The translations under genes and the position numbers were made by a program. Shown piece after piece: positions 26,193 through 40,090 of a DNA stretch of 64,000 nucleotides (the stretch's first letter is position 1; every line of letters starts with the position of its first letter). The DNA comes from Curvularia clavata (Eukaryota). Below the pieces are notes generated by a model, which was given only the letters and a program-made list of their open reading frames with translations, did no database searches and was not told the origin of the DNA. The stretch spans positions 3,038,001-3,102,000 of the forward strand of contig CP089277.1 of assembly GCA_023920165.1 (NCBI GenBank). The letters run 5' to 3'.

Positions 26193-28993
26193 TCATGCCG
26201 CAGTCGTATCGACTTTTGATATATCTTTATCCTTATCGCGCTTCTGTGACCCTTTTCTCCGTCTTCGCTCGACCTTGTAAATGTCGTTGAAGTTGATGTT
26301 GACAGCCAACATCTTAAGTTCGCCGTCGGGAGAGTGCACCAGATCGCCTAGGAAAAGATTGATTCTGGCCTTGAAGTCTTCAGCTAGATGGCTTAAGCGT
26401 TTTTGAAGCGCCGGCAACACGTCGTCTTCGGCAGATCCAGCCATGCCTACGTTCAATAAGGGCGGCGGGAAAGAAGAGTCAACATCTTGGTGGGTTGAGG
26501 CTGCACGCGATCGTGCAAAAGGGTCCGGAGTTGAGGTGCCACGAGTATCCTTCTCCGATAGACCCCACCTACCAGCTGCAGTTCGTGTCTCAATCTTGGC
26601 AGCTTGTTCTTGTCTTCGAGTGAACTCTGCAACTGAGCATGAGTATAAGCCGTCGACGGCGTCCTTGTATGCCAACATGGTCTTTAGCAACTCATGTAGC
26701 TGTGCCGTAAAATCCGTGGTAGTGCTTCCTAAGAGACCCTTCCTAGTAATGTTGTCAAGATATCTTGCATGTGCTTCGATCATGTCGTCCAAGGTACTTT
26801 CTGGCTTGTTGAGTGATCTTTGCAAATCAATCCAAGATGACTCAATGACCTCAAAGAGAATATAGTGCTGGAGCTGGTTGACAAAGTGAATCATTTCAGC
26901 CATTGCACAGCGCGCCTTCTTCCAGTCTGAGCCCATCTTGTCAGATACAGTACCCAAAACACCGCGAGCACCGGTCATACAGCGGCGCCAGGTGGACCCC
27001 AGAGCGAACTCGACACGCTTGACCCTCCATAGGAAATTGAAGACTTTGAGGTATTGCTTGGATCCAAACGGGGTGACGATGACATCTACAGGAGCATCAA
27101 TCTTGTACTCGAGCGTGAAGACGTCCCAGCCAATCTCGCCATGAGAAAGCTCTAGCATGCGAGAATCAAGTCGGCGGAGCACATCTGAGGTATCGAACTG
27201 GGCGTTGGAATTTCTGACAGCATGTTCAAGCTGAGCGGTGAGCGTATGTCGATACTGGGTGTTGGCGGGGCGGTCGAGATTCGATGAGAGTGACTCCATG
27301 AGGACTGCGATGAAGTCACCGGCGCCAAGTAACATATACTTCTTCAGGGCCTGTAAGTGGTCAAACAGCTTGAACTTGTTTGCCATGAGGTCAATAAGGC
27401 GAGCCATGGTAGTTTTATAGGCGTCGCCTATGGATCGTTCCAGGTTGGCGGTATCTCCGTATTGAAGCTCCTTGGAGGCCTTCTTTGAATACGTGTCAAC
27501 CCACGCTGCATCTCCGCAGCCGTAACGAATGAAGTTCAGTGTCTTGCCAATAAGGAAAACCTTCTTTGCAAAGTCTTCAGTAACGATGGTGGGGACCATC
27601 TTGTCGTTCAACCGGTACTTGTCCTCCCACACACTCGTGGCACCGCCCTTGCCTTCATTACCATTGGCCTCGAGGATTTCATCTTCGCTCTGCTCGGACA
27701 CAAAGAATTCTCCGAATGGATCGGCCAACTCACCATCGTAGACCCATTGCCTGAGCATGTCGTAGAATGGGCGTGTAACATCGGAGAGTAGACGCTCGGC
27801 AAAGTTCATGACATAGGGATCGCCGTGATTGAGAGAAAATGAGTGGATGAGTGCAATAAGCTCGCCACCTTTCTTGGTCTTTGATTCTTCAACCATCAAG
27901 CTCATGAGGCGTAAGCCCATGGTGGGCTCTCTTATCCATATGACACATCGCTTGAGAGTGACTCCAGCTTTGCTCGCACCTTGATGCGCTGAACCCTCGC
28001 CGAGTTGTGCTAGAGCTCTCTTGATCTGACCTTCGAGCGTTGCAACCAGGCCCAGGTATGCTCTTAACTCCTTCGCCAATGCTGCTCGAAAGCTCTGCTC
28101 TATCAGTCCGCCCTGGCTGTCCTCTACAAATTCGGCAAGGCCCTTGTATAGGATGGCGGGCTCAGCGAGCGTATGCAGAAGACTGACAATGGGCACCGGG
28201 AGGGTCGGGGGGAGCTTGAGGGCTGTGGAGGAGGGAAACGTCAGGTTGGTAGAGGAGTAGCCCTGTAGTGTGAATGGAAGCTCGCGCAACAGCGTAGGCT
28301 CGGATGGGCCCAGTTCAGTCTTTTCGGAGGCCTGGCCTGCCTTTGCCTGCTGCTGCTCTTTGGTCGTGTCCTGTGAGCGCCTCTCTCGACGCTTCTCAGG
28401 CTTATCGACGACGGTAGATGCGCGTGTAGATGCCTTGGGGGAGCCAGCATTGAGGGGCAACTGGGCGAGACCAGGCTTTGCAAAAGCCTCCTGAAAGGCA
28501 GGGGCAGAGGCGCGCTTGGAGGGCGTCGTGGGCTCGCGGGGAAAACTACGGACGTCGTGAGGGACCGGCGCCTCCTGGACAGGCTCTCCATTTTCCGAGA
28601 GTTTGTAGAGAAAGTAGAGCATTCGCCATTTCTGATCGAGGACTGTCTGTGTTTCGAGGCGGGAGAGTAGATTGTGTAAACGGGCGCTTTTGTGCTGGTC
28701 ATTCCGCGGGCCCGAGACTGCCACACGTCAGCTGAATGCTCATATGCAGGTAATCCTCATGACAGCCAATCTGTTCGAAACTCACCCTTGCGGTCCATCA
28801 GGCTGGCAATGTGGTGCACATCCGGCACCAGAGCTGGGTCGCCAGCCGCTGTGAGTTCGTTGATGGCAAACTCAAAGGCATCTTCAAAGCGCTGATTTGC
28901 CGCCTCTTCGTCATCGTGGGGGTCCTCTGGTACGATGCGGACCAGCAGCTCGTTCAACGCGTGTTCGACGCGTTCCCTGTGGAATTTGGCCAT
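26193..28993 (-). CDS. SPC98: Gamma-tubulin complex component GCP3/Spc98
   Basis: HGDP, WVYDGELADPFGEFF, IGKTLNFIR, ALKKYMLLGAGDF, GWDVFTLEYKIDAP motifs; one intron near 28730-28785. Confidence 0.93.
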
Positions 28994-29573
28994 GTCGACG
29001 CGTTAACTTGGTGGTGAGGTTGGCACACGCCAAACACCAGCACCGCGGGGCAGCGCCCGTGCACCACCACACCTTCAACATCGTCATCGCTCTCCCATAC
29101 ATCTCCCCAACTTTACATTACCCATGAAGCCACTCCCAGAAGCTGGCATGTCCGAGTCACGCTTAACTAGACGTGATCTCGGTGCTATTTCGCTCCCTCG
29201 TTCGAGATTAACTACGATTGCCACCTGTGGCCTACATTGCTGGTGAACATTTTGCAGATTGACAAGATATGGAAGAATACGACACTTGGAATATTCTATG
29301 CTCTTTGGTGATAGAATGTCTAGAAAGATTCTCGTTACCACAGTTAAGCAAAGATTCTTCTCAACCTCCGGATCTTAGTTCCCGATGTCCTTTACTTATA
29401 CCTCTCTTACTTCCGCTACACTTACCCAGCACGCACTCTCCACATAGTCCATTCCCTTAGGTGAGAGATGCGTTGTATTTCAGACTACTCTTACGTCTCT
29501 ATAAATACAACTCGTCTGCACCTTTTTACTCTTCTGCTCTCCTTCATCACATCTTCTTACAGCAATTCGTACC

Positions 29574-30944
29574 ATGGATCAACAATCGCTCTCTACGCCC
29601 TCCGCTACGCCCTCCGGGGATTCGACCAAGGAGGCCATTAGCTATGAGCCTCCTAGTCCCATCGTCATCTCTTCGTCTAGCTCTGAGCCCGACGAATTCA
29701 AGCCTCACCAGTCAGTGTCTGATTCTCCTCCACGAAGACCTGAAAACTAACAACGATTACAGGATGCTCATGCAAACACCTATCACGATTGAATGCGGAA
29801 AGAATCTCTCTGAAAAGCTTACTGTGCACGAAGAGCTGCTTTGCTGTCACAGTAGACTACTAGAACAGCGTTTCTTTGCGGCTAAGGACATGCGACAGCA
29901 GTATGAACAGGCCAAAACCCTCCGCGACCAGATGGCCGCATACGTTTTCCCAGAGGTCACTAAAGTTCAGTTTGAAGCTCGAAGTTGTGAGAAACGGGTA
30001 TATGGCCAGAGCAACACCTTGCACAGCATAAGCGCCGAAATCATCCCCAACATTTACTTCAGTCCGATATCAACAGATATAGCGTGCTAATGTGGCTATA
30101 GGCATTACCTTTGATTATTCGCGCATACGACAGTTATCCTTTTCCAGACCATGTCAAAGACATCAGGAAGAAGATCGATGAAGAAACGGGAGAACAGGTT
30201 CGGCTAAAGAAAGTCAAGGCCCGGATGCTCCAGACCGCTATTCGAGAAGAAGATTGGAAAGTTCGCATAATGTATATCGATTCCCGTGGTGTACATGCCA
30301 TTATCGGGGAACTCTTTGGCTTGCTTCACCGATTGAACAAACAAGAGATCGTCAGTGCCCGAGAGGATCCAGTGCGGGCCGCAGCTCAGAAACGAATCCT
30401 CTTGCCTGGGGTTGAAAAAAACACGGCTGAGTTAGTGATGCAATGGGTCTACCAGGGAAAGTTTGAATGTAAGAACCCGCAGCAGCTGTACAATACGTTG
30501 CAACTCGCAACACAGCTGGGAATCGAGGCACTAAGCGAAATCTGTCTCACCAGACTGTACAACGCCGCCCATGACAGCATTCAGAATGCCATGATGACTG
30601 GTATCACCCTTAAATCCTTGCTGGGATATGGTCCAGGCCCTAGCGACAACATGGTGGGAGTCATCTTCAAGCATGCCCTACAGGACCATGACACCCCACA
30701 AAGAATTCAGGATCTAGTCGTCCACTTTCTGGCTACAGAGCTTGACACAGAGCTATGGGCTAAATTGAAAGACCTAGCCAACCACAGTATTACTGTACAG
30801 ATCATTGATGCGATGTTGGGATATCGCCAGCAAGTCGGAAAGGAGAACCCTGATGACAATTCGATCAAGCCCGAGGATGACTTCACCAAGTACGAGCACG
30901 AAGAGGTTCACGAAGCATCTCCGATACATCTCAAAGATGGATAA
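29574..30944 (+). CDS. BTB/POZ-domain-like protein with internal insertion
   Basis: BTB-like halves ITIECG...TVHEELLCCHSRLL and ILLPGVEKNTAELVMQWVYQG...LQLATQLGIEALSEIC; introns ~29711-29762 and ~29998-30101. Confidence 0.65.
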
Positions 30945-33228
30945 CCGCCCAGTCCGGAGTTGGCAGAGAGGAATATATCGCCAGGAGGTCATTGGTTCAC
31001 CAAACAAAACGAGCACTCGTGATAGCCCATTGGCTTGGAGTTTGAGCTTGTGTGGCCCGGAAGTTTTAGGTTTTTTTTTCTACAAGAAACGATTTTCTCT
31101 CACGGAGCTATCGGCTTCCATCGATACTGAAACTGAAGCCATCTCCAGACAGTTATGGTCTTTTCATCCATTTATAATAGGTTCACGAATGATATGGTTT
31201 TCTGCCCTTGGCCAAAATCGTATATTGAGGTTTCGTGACATCTATGACTGTGAAATTATACTCACAGGATATCTCTCGTTGTGGTAACGTACAGCCCATG
31301 AGAGAAAGGTCGCCTTGGTCTATTGGGGGTACACTAATTGTCACCTGTAAGCCTTCAGAGTGCGCAATCTCAATACCCTGCCGAATCCAAGGAATTCCTG
31401 CTTCTTCCCTTGTTTTGCAGCGCTACTGTTCCCATGACTATTGCGAATCTTGTGGACAACAGCAGCGCTCCTTGTGATACCTTTGTGGTCATCTCCCCAT
31501 ACCTTCCTACGCTACCCTCTTCTCAGGTCCATTCCACCGACGAGAGTCCACTGTACAACCATTCTCCATACATCAGGGCAAGTTCCATATTTAGCTCGGC
31601 CTTTCCAAACACCTGCATAGGCTTGCGTAACCATTTCGATCCAGTCATCGGCTGATTGAATTCCTCCTTGTGTAATTACTGGGCGCATATCGGTCGAACC
31701 GGGTCCACCGATGGCTCTGCAAGACCTTGAAGCATGTGTCTGTTCGAAGAGAGGAAAGACAGCTACTGTGCCTTTGAAGCACCGTATCTCGCAGGAGAAA
31801 GCAGGACCCTGCATTGTGAAAGTGACAGCTGGAATGGATACATAAGGTAAACGCTGCGACAACCTCTCTTATCCTAAAGTCAGAGCACCATCTCTTTGAA
31901 CGTTGAATCATCTGTTGATTTACTCAGAAATCATTCTAGCAAGTTTTGAGACGCGTTTCTTCCAAGCAAGCCGACAGTTGCTGATCACAACAGTACTCTA
32001 CGCGCGAGGTTGCAACTTCTTCACAGTTGCATCCAGCTAGACTAGCTGTTTCTCCATATTCTATGGCGCCCAATCTCAGAGAGCAAAGCCCTGCTTGGTA
32101 GCCTTGCCTTACCTGCTCCTGTTGATCGTCTAGACCCCGTGCGACATAGCATTTTCGGTGGAGACTACACGCAGCGACATACATGTCACACGGAGCCAGT
32201 AAAAACCACAGTCACTGCAGGCAATGCGTTACAATACGATTATCACACCGATAAGACATAACTGAATCCAGTGAGGTGAGAGGTCACGAGGGTTTGAGAA
32301 AGTTGTCACGGGTCTAAACAAATCATCACGTATTTGAGAGAATATCTACACGATCATCTCCTTGAAGGTTCACGAATGAAATAATCCAAAGAGATGCTTC
32401 GACTCACCGCACTCATGCAGCGCCCATGGCGACTCGTATATCAACAATCAGGTTCTGATCAAGATTCCACATCACCGTGGCCTGCACACCAAGTAGACGC
32501 GTACGAGCTCGCCGACATACACAGCACCCCATGCTCATCTTCCGCAACAACGCCATCACGTTCGTCAATCTTTTCTACCCTATCGGTGTGTTCGCACCAC
32601 TTGACCGATACTTTAGCAACGACGATGCGGCGATCCGCTTCGAGTGGCTCAGAGCCCAAGCTATGTCAAAGCCAGCTCGGACCGTATCCATACGATAAGA
32701 TTTCGCCTTCAATACTGTTTGTCGATTTGCATGGCTGCTCCTTGCATAAGATGTACTGCTGAAAAGAGTGGTGGTAACCCGAAATAGTATGCGAGATGGT
32801 GTAGTTTGGACTGACTGGTCTCGTATTCGATACTGATGTTTGTAAAGTGCACATTTACGTTTGCAAAATCAAGGGGAGAAAGCAAGCAACCTGAAATAGT
32901 ACTTTTTTTACATTGCGTTGTAGAGACATGGACATTCGAGCATCCAATCTCTGCGTTACGGCAACTTCTTTGAAACCAAGGCCGTGAAGATTGTAGCTTG
33001 ATACAAGATTCTTCAAGTGAATTGTGAACTTTCCCAAAAGAAGACATACCGCCCTAAGAAAACATATCTCCAACCAGGCTAGCCCGAGAGCATTGAGGAA
33101 GGAGAAAAAGAAGGGTAGAAAAAGAAGGGAGAGAGACCGTTGCGCCATCGCTTGATATTCATACAAAACCATAAAATCGTTGTTTTCAGCAAGAACACCA
33201 TACACACCGGGATTGTGAAGTTGCCCAG

Positions 33229-34068
33229 CTACTCTTCCGTCTTTGCTGCATGCGGCGTGGCCAGGGTTTGGCCTGCCATAATCGCTTCGCGGTCTCGGCG
33301 CATGCCCTCGAGCACGCCAACAAGGCCACCCTCGCGCATACGTTCGAGCACAACTTTCATACCCTCTCGCGCATTGGGTTGACTGCGTTGCGCCCGTGAA
33401 AGACCAATCTTTTCAATATTGCGCTGGAGGGCAGCGGTACCCCAACTCCGCAAGAGCCCCATCTTCTGTGGTTGTTCATCTTCCACTGCACCCTCTCTGG
33501 CGGCTTCACGCTTCTTCTTCCATGTTTCGCCAATGTGACTGTGCAGCGTGACCGAGCTCGTCACCTCAGTTGTCTCACCATTGTCTTCCACCTTGACACC
33601 ATTGCCTTTGCTATTGAAGTTGATGACGCCATGACGCTGGGCAAGGCCTTCCATGCCTTGCCGAGCCTTCGCGCTGTCAATTGACAGCGATGAAGGACGT
33701 TGAAACCTCTGCCTCTCAATCACCGATAGGACTCCTGTCCATTCCAGATTGCGTGATTCCGTGTCCATCCATCCCTCCTTGATATCCACGACTGACTTTT
33801 CGAGAATGTAAGACTGCGTGTCTCCGCCGGCCGAGGCGCCAAGCAGCGAGCGAGGGACTAGCTTGAGAACGGCCGATGGAAGTTTAGAACGCTTCAGATG
33901 CAATCGTATGGTTGTCAAGCGCTGAGTATCGGGGTCGTAGTGACGTGCGATGGTGTCCGTGGAGAGCACGTGAGTGGAGTAAGGATTCGGATAGCGGAGG
34001 AAGTAAGCAAGCGAAACGGCGGAGAAAGGGTATGAGTATGTTTCATTCGACGAGTAAAATTTCACCAT
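33229..34068 (-). CDS. UPS1: PRELI/MSF1-family mitochondrial lipid transfer protein (Ups1-like)
   Basis: MVKFYS...VSLAYFLRYPNPYSTHVLSTDT, SYILEKSVVD, MDTESRNLEWTGVLSVIE. Confidence 0.88.
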   Translation of the reverse strand: MVKFYSSNETYSYPFSAVSLAYFLRYPNPYSTHVLSTDTIARHYDPDTQRLTTIRLHLKRSKLPSAVLKLVPRSLLGASAGGDTQSYILEKSVVDIKEGWMDTESRNLEWTGVLSVIERQRFQRPSSLSIDSAKARQGMEGLAQRHGVINFNSKGNGVKVEDNGETTEVTSSVTLHSHIGETWKKKREAAREGAVEDEQPQKMGLLRSWGTAALQRNIEKIGLSRAQRSQPNAREGMKVVLERMREGGLVGVLEGMRRDREAIMAGQTLATPHAAKTEE

Positions 34069-34598
34069 TTTGGCGTCTGTTTCGTGCTTGCGGGCTTTCC
34101 AATGTAGGGTCGTTTACGTAGAAGAGCACAGATCGGGCGGAGCAGTTGGATGGGGGAAGTTCGAGGCAGCTTAAGGCGCGCGGTGTTCTAGCTCAGACAG
34201 CGAAGTCGCATGGTCAGTATCACCAATTGTGGCTGGACAATTGGAAAGGCTGTCAATGCGAAGAGACGTGAGGCGGAGTGGTGTGAAGATGGTGGTGTGA
34301 CGCCAGTGGCAGAAGCATCTGGAGCTCCGCCTACGATCAGTTTTGCCTCTCCTCCTCATCGGCATCTTAGTTTGCGCATCTCCGACATGTGGCTGGGCTG
34401 TGGCGCAGTGCGGGGCATCCGTGGCGTCGCGCATCCACCAAATTACTTTAATTATAGTGGGAGGGGTACAGTCATTTACTTGCGACTGAGTCAACCGGCA
34501 ATACACCTTGGCGACACGTACGCTTTACTGGCTCTCACGCTTTCGCAGTCGTACATTCTAGGGAATTCTCAACAACCATCGTCCACTGCATCGCTACA

Positions 34599-36077
34599 AT
34601 GACCGAGCCCGAACCCCCCGCGGTCGCTGCCCTTTCCCTCGCCGATACAGCCACGCAGCCCGTCTCGAAAGCCACTGAACAGGAAATCAATCCCTGGGAT
34701 GTACAAGCAGCAGTAGATGAGGACGGAAACGTCAAGGAATTCGACTATGTCAAGATCTCGGAACAGTGGGCGACGAAGCTTATAGACCAACCTCTTCTCG
34801 AACGATTCGAGCGTGTGACAGGCCACAAGCCACATCGCTGGCTGCGGCGGGGATTGTTCTTCTCTCACAGAGACCTCGATCTGATCCTTGACACATACGA
34901 GCGCGGCGATGATTTCTTGCTGTACACTGGTCGTGGCCCTAGCAGCGATGCAATGCACATTGGTCACACGATCCCCTTTGAATTCACAAAGTGGTTGCAG
35001 GATGTCTTTGATGTACCATTGGTCATCATGTTGACAGATGATGAGAAATTCCTTTTCAAGGAGAAGCTGAAGCAAGAGGAGGTCTACCAGTTTGCGCGAC
35101 AAAATGCGAAGGACATCATCTCTATCGGGTTTGATGTCAAGAAGACCTTCATGTACATCGACTCAGAGTTTTTCACGTCTGGATACAACAGGCACTTCAA
35201 CCTTAACTCAACAGAATTTGAGAAACTCATCACCAACAATCAAGTCCGTGGCGCATTCGGTTTCCATGGCTCCACAAATATCGGCAGTAACGCATTTGCA
35301 GCCAAGCAATGCGTTGCTGCGTTCGCCTCATCGTATCCTTTCATCTGGGGTGAGGATTATAAGACCTATCATAGATCCAAGAAGCTCGCTGCTACGCCCT
35401 GCCTGATTCCTTGCGCCATTGATCAGGACCCGTACTTCCGTCTCGTCCGTGAGAACTGCAATCGCATGGACAACCCTTCACCCAAGCCGGCGCTCATTCA
35501 CTCCAAGTTTCTTACAGCGCTGCAAGGCGCTGGTGGTAAAATGAGTGCGTCTAACGCCAATTCAGCCATCTTCATGAGCGACACTCCAAAGCAAATCAAA
35601 AACAAAATCAACACCAAGGCATTCTCTGGTGGCCAAGAAACACTCGAGCTCCACCGTGAGAAGGGAGGAAACCCCGACATTGACGTACCCTACCAATATA
35701 TCGCTTATTTTGAGGATGATGACGACAAGCTCAAGAAGCTTGCTGAAGATTACCGAAAGGGCGAGCTGCTGACTGGTGAGATGAAGAAGGAGTGTATTGA
35801 AACCATGACGGCGTATACCAAAAAGTTCCAAGACGCAAGAGCGAAGGTCACAGATGAGGTACTGGACGAGTTCCTCCGCCCGCGAAAGCTGGAATGGAAG
35901 GGTAACCCGAACCCCACCAAGCCAAAACTAGAGCAACCAAAAGAGCAAGCTGAAGGTGGGCCAATGCTGGACGCCGACGGCAAGCCAATGACCAAGAACG
36001 CTATGAAGAAGGCCGCCAAGATGGCAGAAGTGGAGCGTAAGAAGAGGGAAAAGGAGGCTGCTGCCGCGAAGCAGTAA
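34599..36077 (+). CDS. WRS1: Cytoplasmic tryptophanyl-tRNA synthetase
   Basis: YTGRGPSS, MHIGH, AIDQDPYFR, KMSAS, AFSGG motifs; intronless. Confidence 0.97.
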   Translation: MTEPEPPAVAALSLADTATQPVSKATEQEINPWDVQAAVDEDGNVKEFDYVKISEQWATKLIDQPLLERFERVTGHKPHRWLRRGLFFSHRDLDLILDTYERGDDFLLYTGRGPSSDAMHIGHTIPFEFTKWLQDVFDVPLVIMLTDDEKFLFKEKLKQEEVYQFARQNAKDIISIGFDVKKTFMYIDSEFFTSGYNRHFNLNSTEFEKLITNNQVRGAFGFHGSTNIGSNAFAAKQCVAAFASSYPFIWGEDYKTYHRSKKLAATPCLIPCAIDQDPYFRLVRENCNRMDNPSPKPALIHSKFLTALQGAGGKMSASNANSAIFMSDTPKQIKNKINTKAFSGGQETLELHREKGGNPDIDVPYQYIAYFEDDDDKLKKLAEDYRKGELLTGEMKKECIETMTAYTKKFQDARAKVTDEVLDEFLRPRKLEWKGNPNPTKPKLEQPKEQAEGGPMLDADGKPMTKNAMKKAAKMAEVERKKREKEAAAAKQ

Positions 36078-36953
36078 AGCATCTAGAAGTTTCAACAAAT
36101 GGCTGGAGAATAGACATGTAATACTGATGTCATTGTACCAACCGTGCATCTCGAACAAGCGCTGCGTGAATCCCATGGTACTAATGCCGAGAGTAGTGTT
36201 TGGAATCACAGATCTGGGGTAACTGCGGAGATCAGTGGGCACGGACTTTGATGATGGGATTGAGATCATGGCATTCTGGCGATCCAGTGGAACCTAGCAC
36301 TCGTGACCTGATCCACTGCGCACATGGTCAATATTCATCGCTAATGAGCGGGCCGACCCGAAAAGCTAGGCCTAGTGAGGGGTCGTAGTTCGAGAATGCG
36401 GTCTACCGTTGTCCAGGTCCAGCGATAGAACACATGCACAGCAGTCGCCTGCGGTCGAGCATATCTTGGCTTCACCATGGTTATGGTTTGCACTTACCGA
36501 TATCATGCGGGGATTCCAAACCTTTGACACATTGCTGCGAAATTATGCAGAGCGCTGAAAGACTACTGAAACCACGATACACTACTGGGACTAACCTCTC
36601 TTAGGTCTGGTTGGTTATCTGTATCCTCAACTAGCAACTAAACTCATACCGGTCATGTGTATCTAGCCATTAACGTATTCTCCTTTCCCGTCATCTCCTA
36701 TTAGGGTATGTTGCAATGCTTAATGGATGCCATAAGGTTACCTTCAAGGTTACAATCTGGCCTGAACCTTATTTGAGGATATCTTGTTGCTTTGTTTACG
36801 GCGACACATTATGGTTAGGCCTTGGCGGAGTGCCTATATATGCACGATCATACTCTGCATTGCTTTGCTTTCTTTTCGTAATCGTTCTACGTTGTCATAA
36901 AATTGTTACAAATACTCGAGCCTCTCACAAGCAATTCCCACGACGATAACATC

Positions 36954-38842
36954 ATGTCACCACCCCCCGCATATACAAGGCACGACATTGTCCCCGCTTA
37001 CCATTCACCCGCGGTTCGAAACAGCAGGGCCTCGCCAATTTCGGCCATTTCCCTATCGACTACATATTCTCCGCCAAAAATATCGATGCTGGATTCAATA
37101 ACACCTGTAGATTCTTCGACTACTGCAACTGAGACGAACGCTGATGCAGAACGCGCAATGTCACTCCGTCAAGGCATACGTCTCTACCCGAAGGCTATAG
37201 CCTGGTCGGTACTCATATCAATGGCCCTTATCATGGAAGGATACTCAACGATTTTGGTTCCGAATTTGTTCTCCATGGATACGTTCAAGAAAGAATTTGG
37301 CGACATACAACCAAGCGGAGAGTATGAGGTTAGCTCTCTATGGCAAAGCGCATTCGTCAACGGCGGTCTTGCAGGGCAGATTCTAGGGCTCTTTCTCACT
37401 GGCACACTGGCGGAGTTTGTTGGGTATCGACGCACTCTCATGGCTGGACTAGTGGCGATGACTGCGATCATATCAGTGCCGGTCTGCGCTAAAACTAGGG
37501 CGGCATTACTAGTCGGTCAATGCCTGTCAGGAATACCGTGGGGACTGTTTCAATGCGTCTGCACCGTCTACGCGGTGGATGTGTGCCCCGTGGCTCTGAG
37601 AGCATATCTGACCACGTAAGTACCTGCGACTTCACACGACTCTAACAACCCAAGATTCTGATCATAGCTTAGATGGATCAATGCGTGCTGGGTACTTGGA
37701 CAGCTCATTGCTTCCGTTGTATTGCGCAAGATGAGTACAGACACAACAGCATGGTCGTATCGTATGCCATTGGCACTTCAATGGGTATTTCCCATACCAG
37801 TTTTCATTGCCGTATACTATGCACCGGAATCCCCATGGTGGCTTCTTAGGCAAGATTTATTTGCAGAAGCTAAGCAATCTCTTCGTCGCTTACGAACCAA
37901 ACCTAATCATGTTACCGACATCGAGTTTGATGCCTCTCTAAAGGCCACGCTGAACCACATGGTGCAAACTAATGCTAAAGAAATGGAGATACAAAGTGGA
38001 ACAAGTTACAAAGAATGCTTTAAAGGTGTGGATCGAAGGCGTACCGAGATCACCTGTATGGTGTGGATGATCCAGACCCTCTGCGGTGGCCCAATGATGG
38101 GCTTTTCCACATACTTTTGTGAGTGAATTTTTCCACACTGAGGTTTTCTTGCTCATGTGACCCAGATGAACAAGCTGGACTCGGTACTTCTCATGCATAC
38201 AGTTTGTCTCTCGGACAATTTGCGCTCGGGCTTTTTGGTGTGTTCGTATCGTGGGCTCTCATGACCCGCTTCGGACGTCGCACTCTCTACCTTTCTGGAC
38301 AGCTCCTAACCTTCTTCTGTGTATTCTTAATCGGTGTGCTAGCCTGTGCCCCTCGGCTCCCTTCCTTTTCTGTTGCCAGTCCAGCTCCAAACAGCAGCTC
38401 ACCTCAAGCTGTAGACGTGCCTCCTGCTACGCTTGATTGGGGCATTGCTGCGTTAATGTTGGTATTTACGCTTACGTATGATGCAACAACTGGCCCTATA
38501 TGCTATGCTCTCGTAGGAGAGATTCCGTCGACTCGACTGCGCGGCAAAACCATCGTGCTAGCACGCAACTGCTACAACATCTCTGGCATCATTGCCAATG
38601 TCATCACGCCACGCATGCTTAACCCTACTGCCTGGAACTGGGGTGCAAGATCGGGCTTCTTTTGGGCTGGAACTAGTATCATTGGACTTGTATGGAGCTG
38701 GGTAAGGCTTCCAGAACCTAAAGACAGGACATTTGCGGAACTGGACGAGCTCTTTGAGCTGAAGATACCAGCGCGCAGGTTCAAAACTACTGATCTAAGT
38801 AGCGGCATGCGCAGAGCAGATGAGATGACCGAAGTCGCATGA
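36954..38842 (+). CDS. Sugar porter family transporter (maltose/alpha-glucoside permease-like)
   Basis: YPKAIAWS, ALIMEGY, VCPVALRAYLTT, PESPWWL, RRTEIT, EIPSTRLRGKT, RLPEPKDRTFAELDELF; 2 introns. Confidence 0.9.
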
Positions 38843-40090
38843 AGGCCCTTACCCTGGTTTTACCTCGTGGACGGATGGTCCGCCGACACCATAGAGCAAC
38901 ATGACAGAGACCTGGGCATATCCACAAGACACATGAGAAAACTGGAACTTAAAAGAAAAAGAAAAAAAAGACAAAACCACGACAGCTCCTCATTCAAATT
39001 CTCCTGAGTGTACATCACTTGCTCGTTCTTGAATTTGACACTGAAATACAAGCTTACGCCACCTGGTGTAGCTGTGATATGGAGGTGTAGAGGCAGTACT
39101 ATTGTTTTGTATATATATCTCTTCAGTCAGGCTCCAGTTTTAGCTCGCCGTTCTTGACACAGTGTTGCCATAGCCAGTGCTACCCTCAGTTATATCAAGT
39201 CAAAAAGATTTTGATTATGTATGTTATATGAAAGTAAATTCTATAGGTGTTTCGATTCGCTTTCATGATTTATTATTTCCAACCGAGTGACACAGCCCTT
39301 CAATCAAATTGCAATAGCCAGCAAACTCAAAAGGTGATGTGATGCGGAAATATTTTGATGATCGAATGTCACGATTCGTTGTCATACGCTCTCCCTGCAT
39401 TTAGTTGATCATACCGTGAGAGGAGTTAGGAGAAACTAATTTCGGTTATCAACCCGTTCAACTAATCTGCTGCAATTCGATCATTGCGCTATCTTCTTCC
39501 CTATAGTTAAAGATGTTCTTTTCACGAATTCGGTGCTACATCTCATCGATCTTTTCGTACTCAGCTATGAGAAAGAAATGTTCGTAGAAAGCGCTACCTC
39601 GTCATGTACCTACCGAAGTTGCTTTACTGGTACATGATTATCAGATGAGAATGACCACTACTCCGATTTTGCTTTCTGTATACAATGAAGTGTCAACGGG
39701 CGTGGTCGATGCGAAGTGCCATGAAGCTAATGTCTCATGGCTTAAAGACAACACACAGGTACCTAGATCCTCTGATAGAGGATTACATGGATATATGCGA
39801 AAAGAAATCATATAGGACTTCACACACGAGCATCCTAAAGTGCATTGTATTTCTTCTTCTGAGATTAAAATTATTTGCTTGACGGAAGATCACAGAAAAT
39901 GCGTATAGTACCAGTGGTAGCGAGACGTGCATGAAGAGACGGGTGAATTGTTTTGAAGAGAACCATGAAAAAACTATGCTCTTAATTCTTGTATCTAAGC
40001 ACATGTAGCCAATTGATAATTGATAGGAACTAGGCCGAAACACATCAGCGAGCGTGAGTATTGACAATCTTTCAGACCCGCTTTTTCAGA

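Noticed and set aside
31000..33200. Short ORFs between the BTB gene and UPS1
   Set aside because: No family motif or coherent splice model found by eye; a small gene or relic cannot be excluded.
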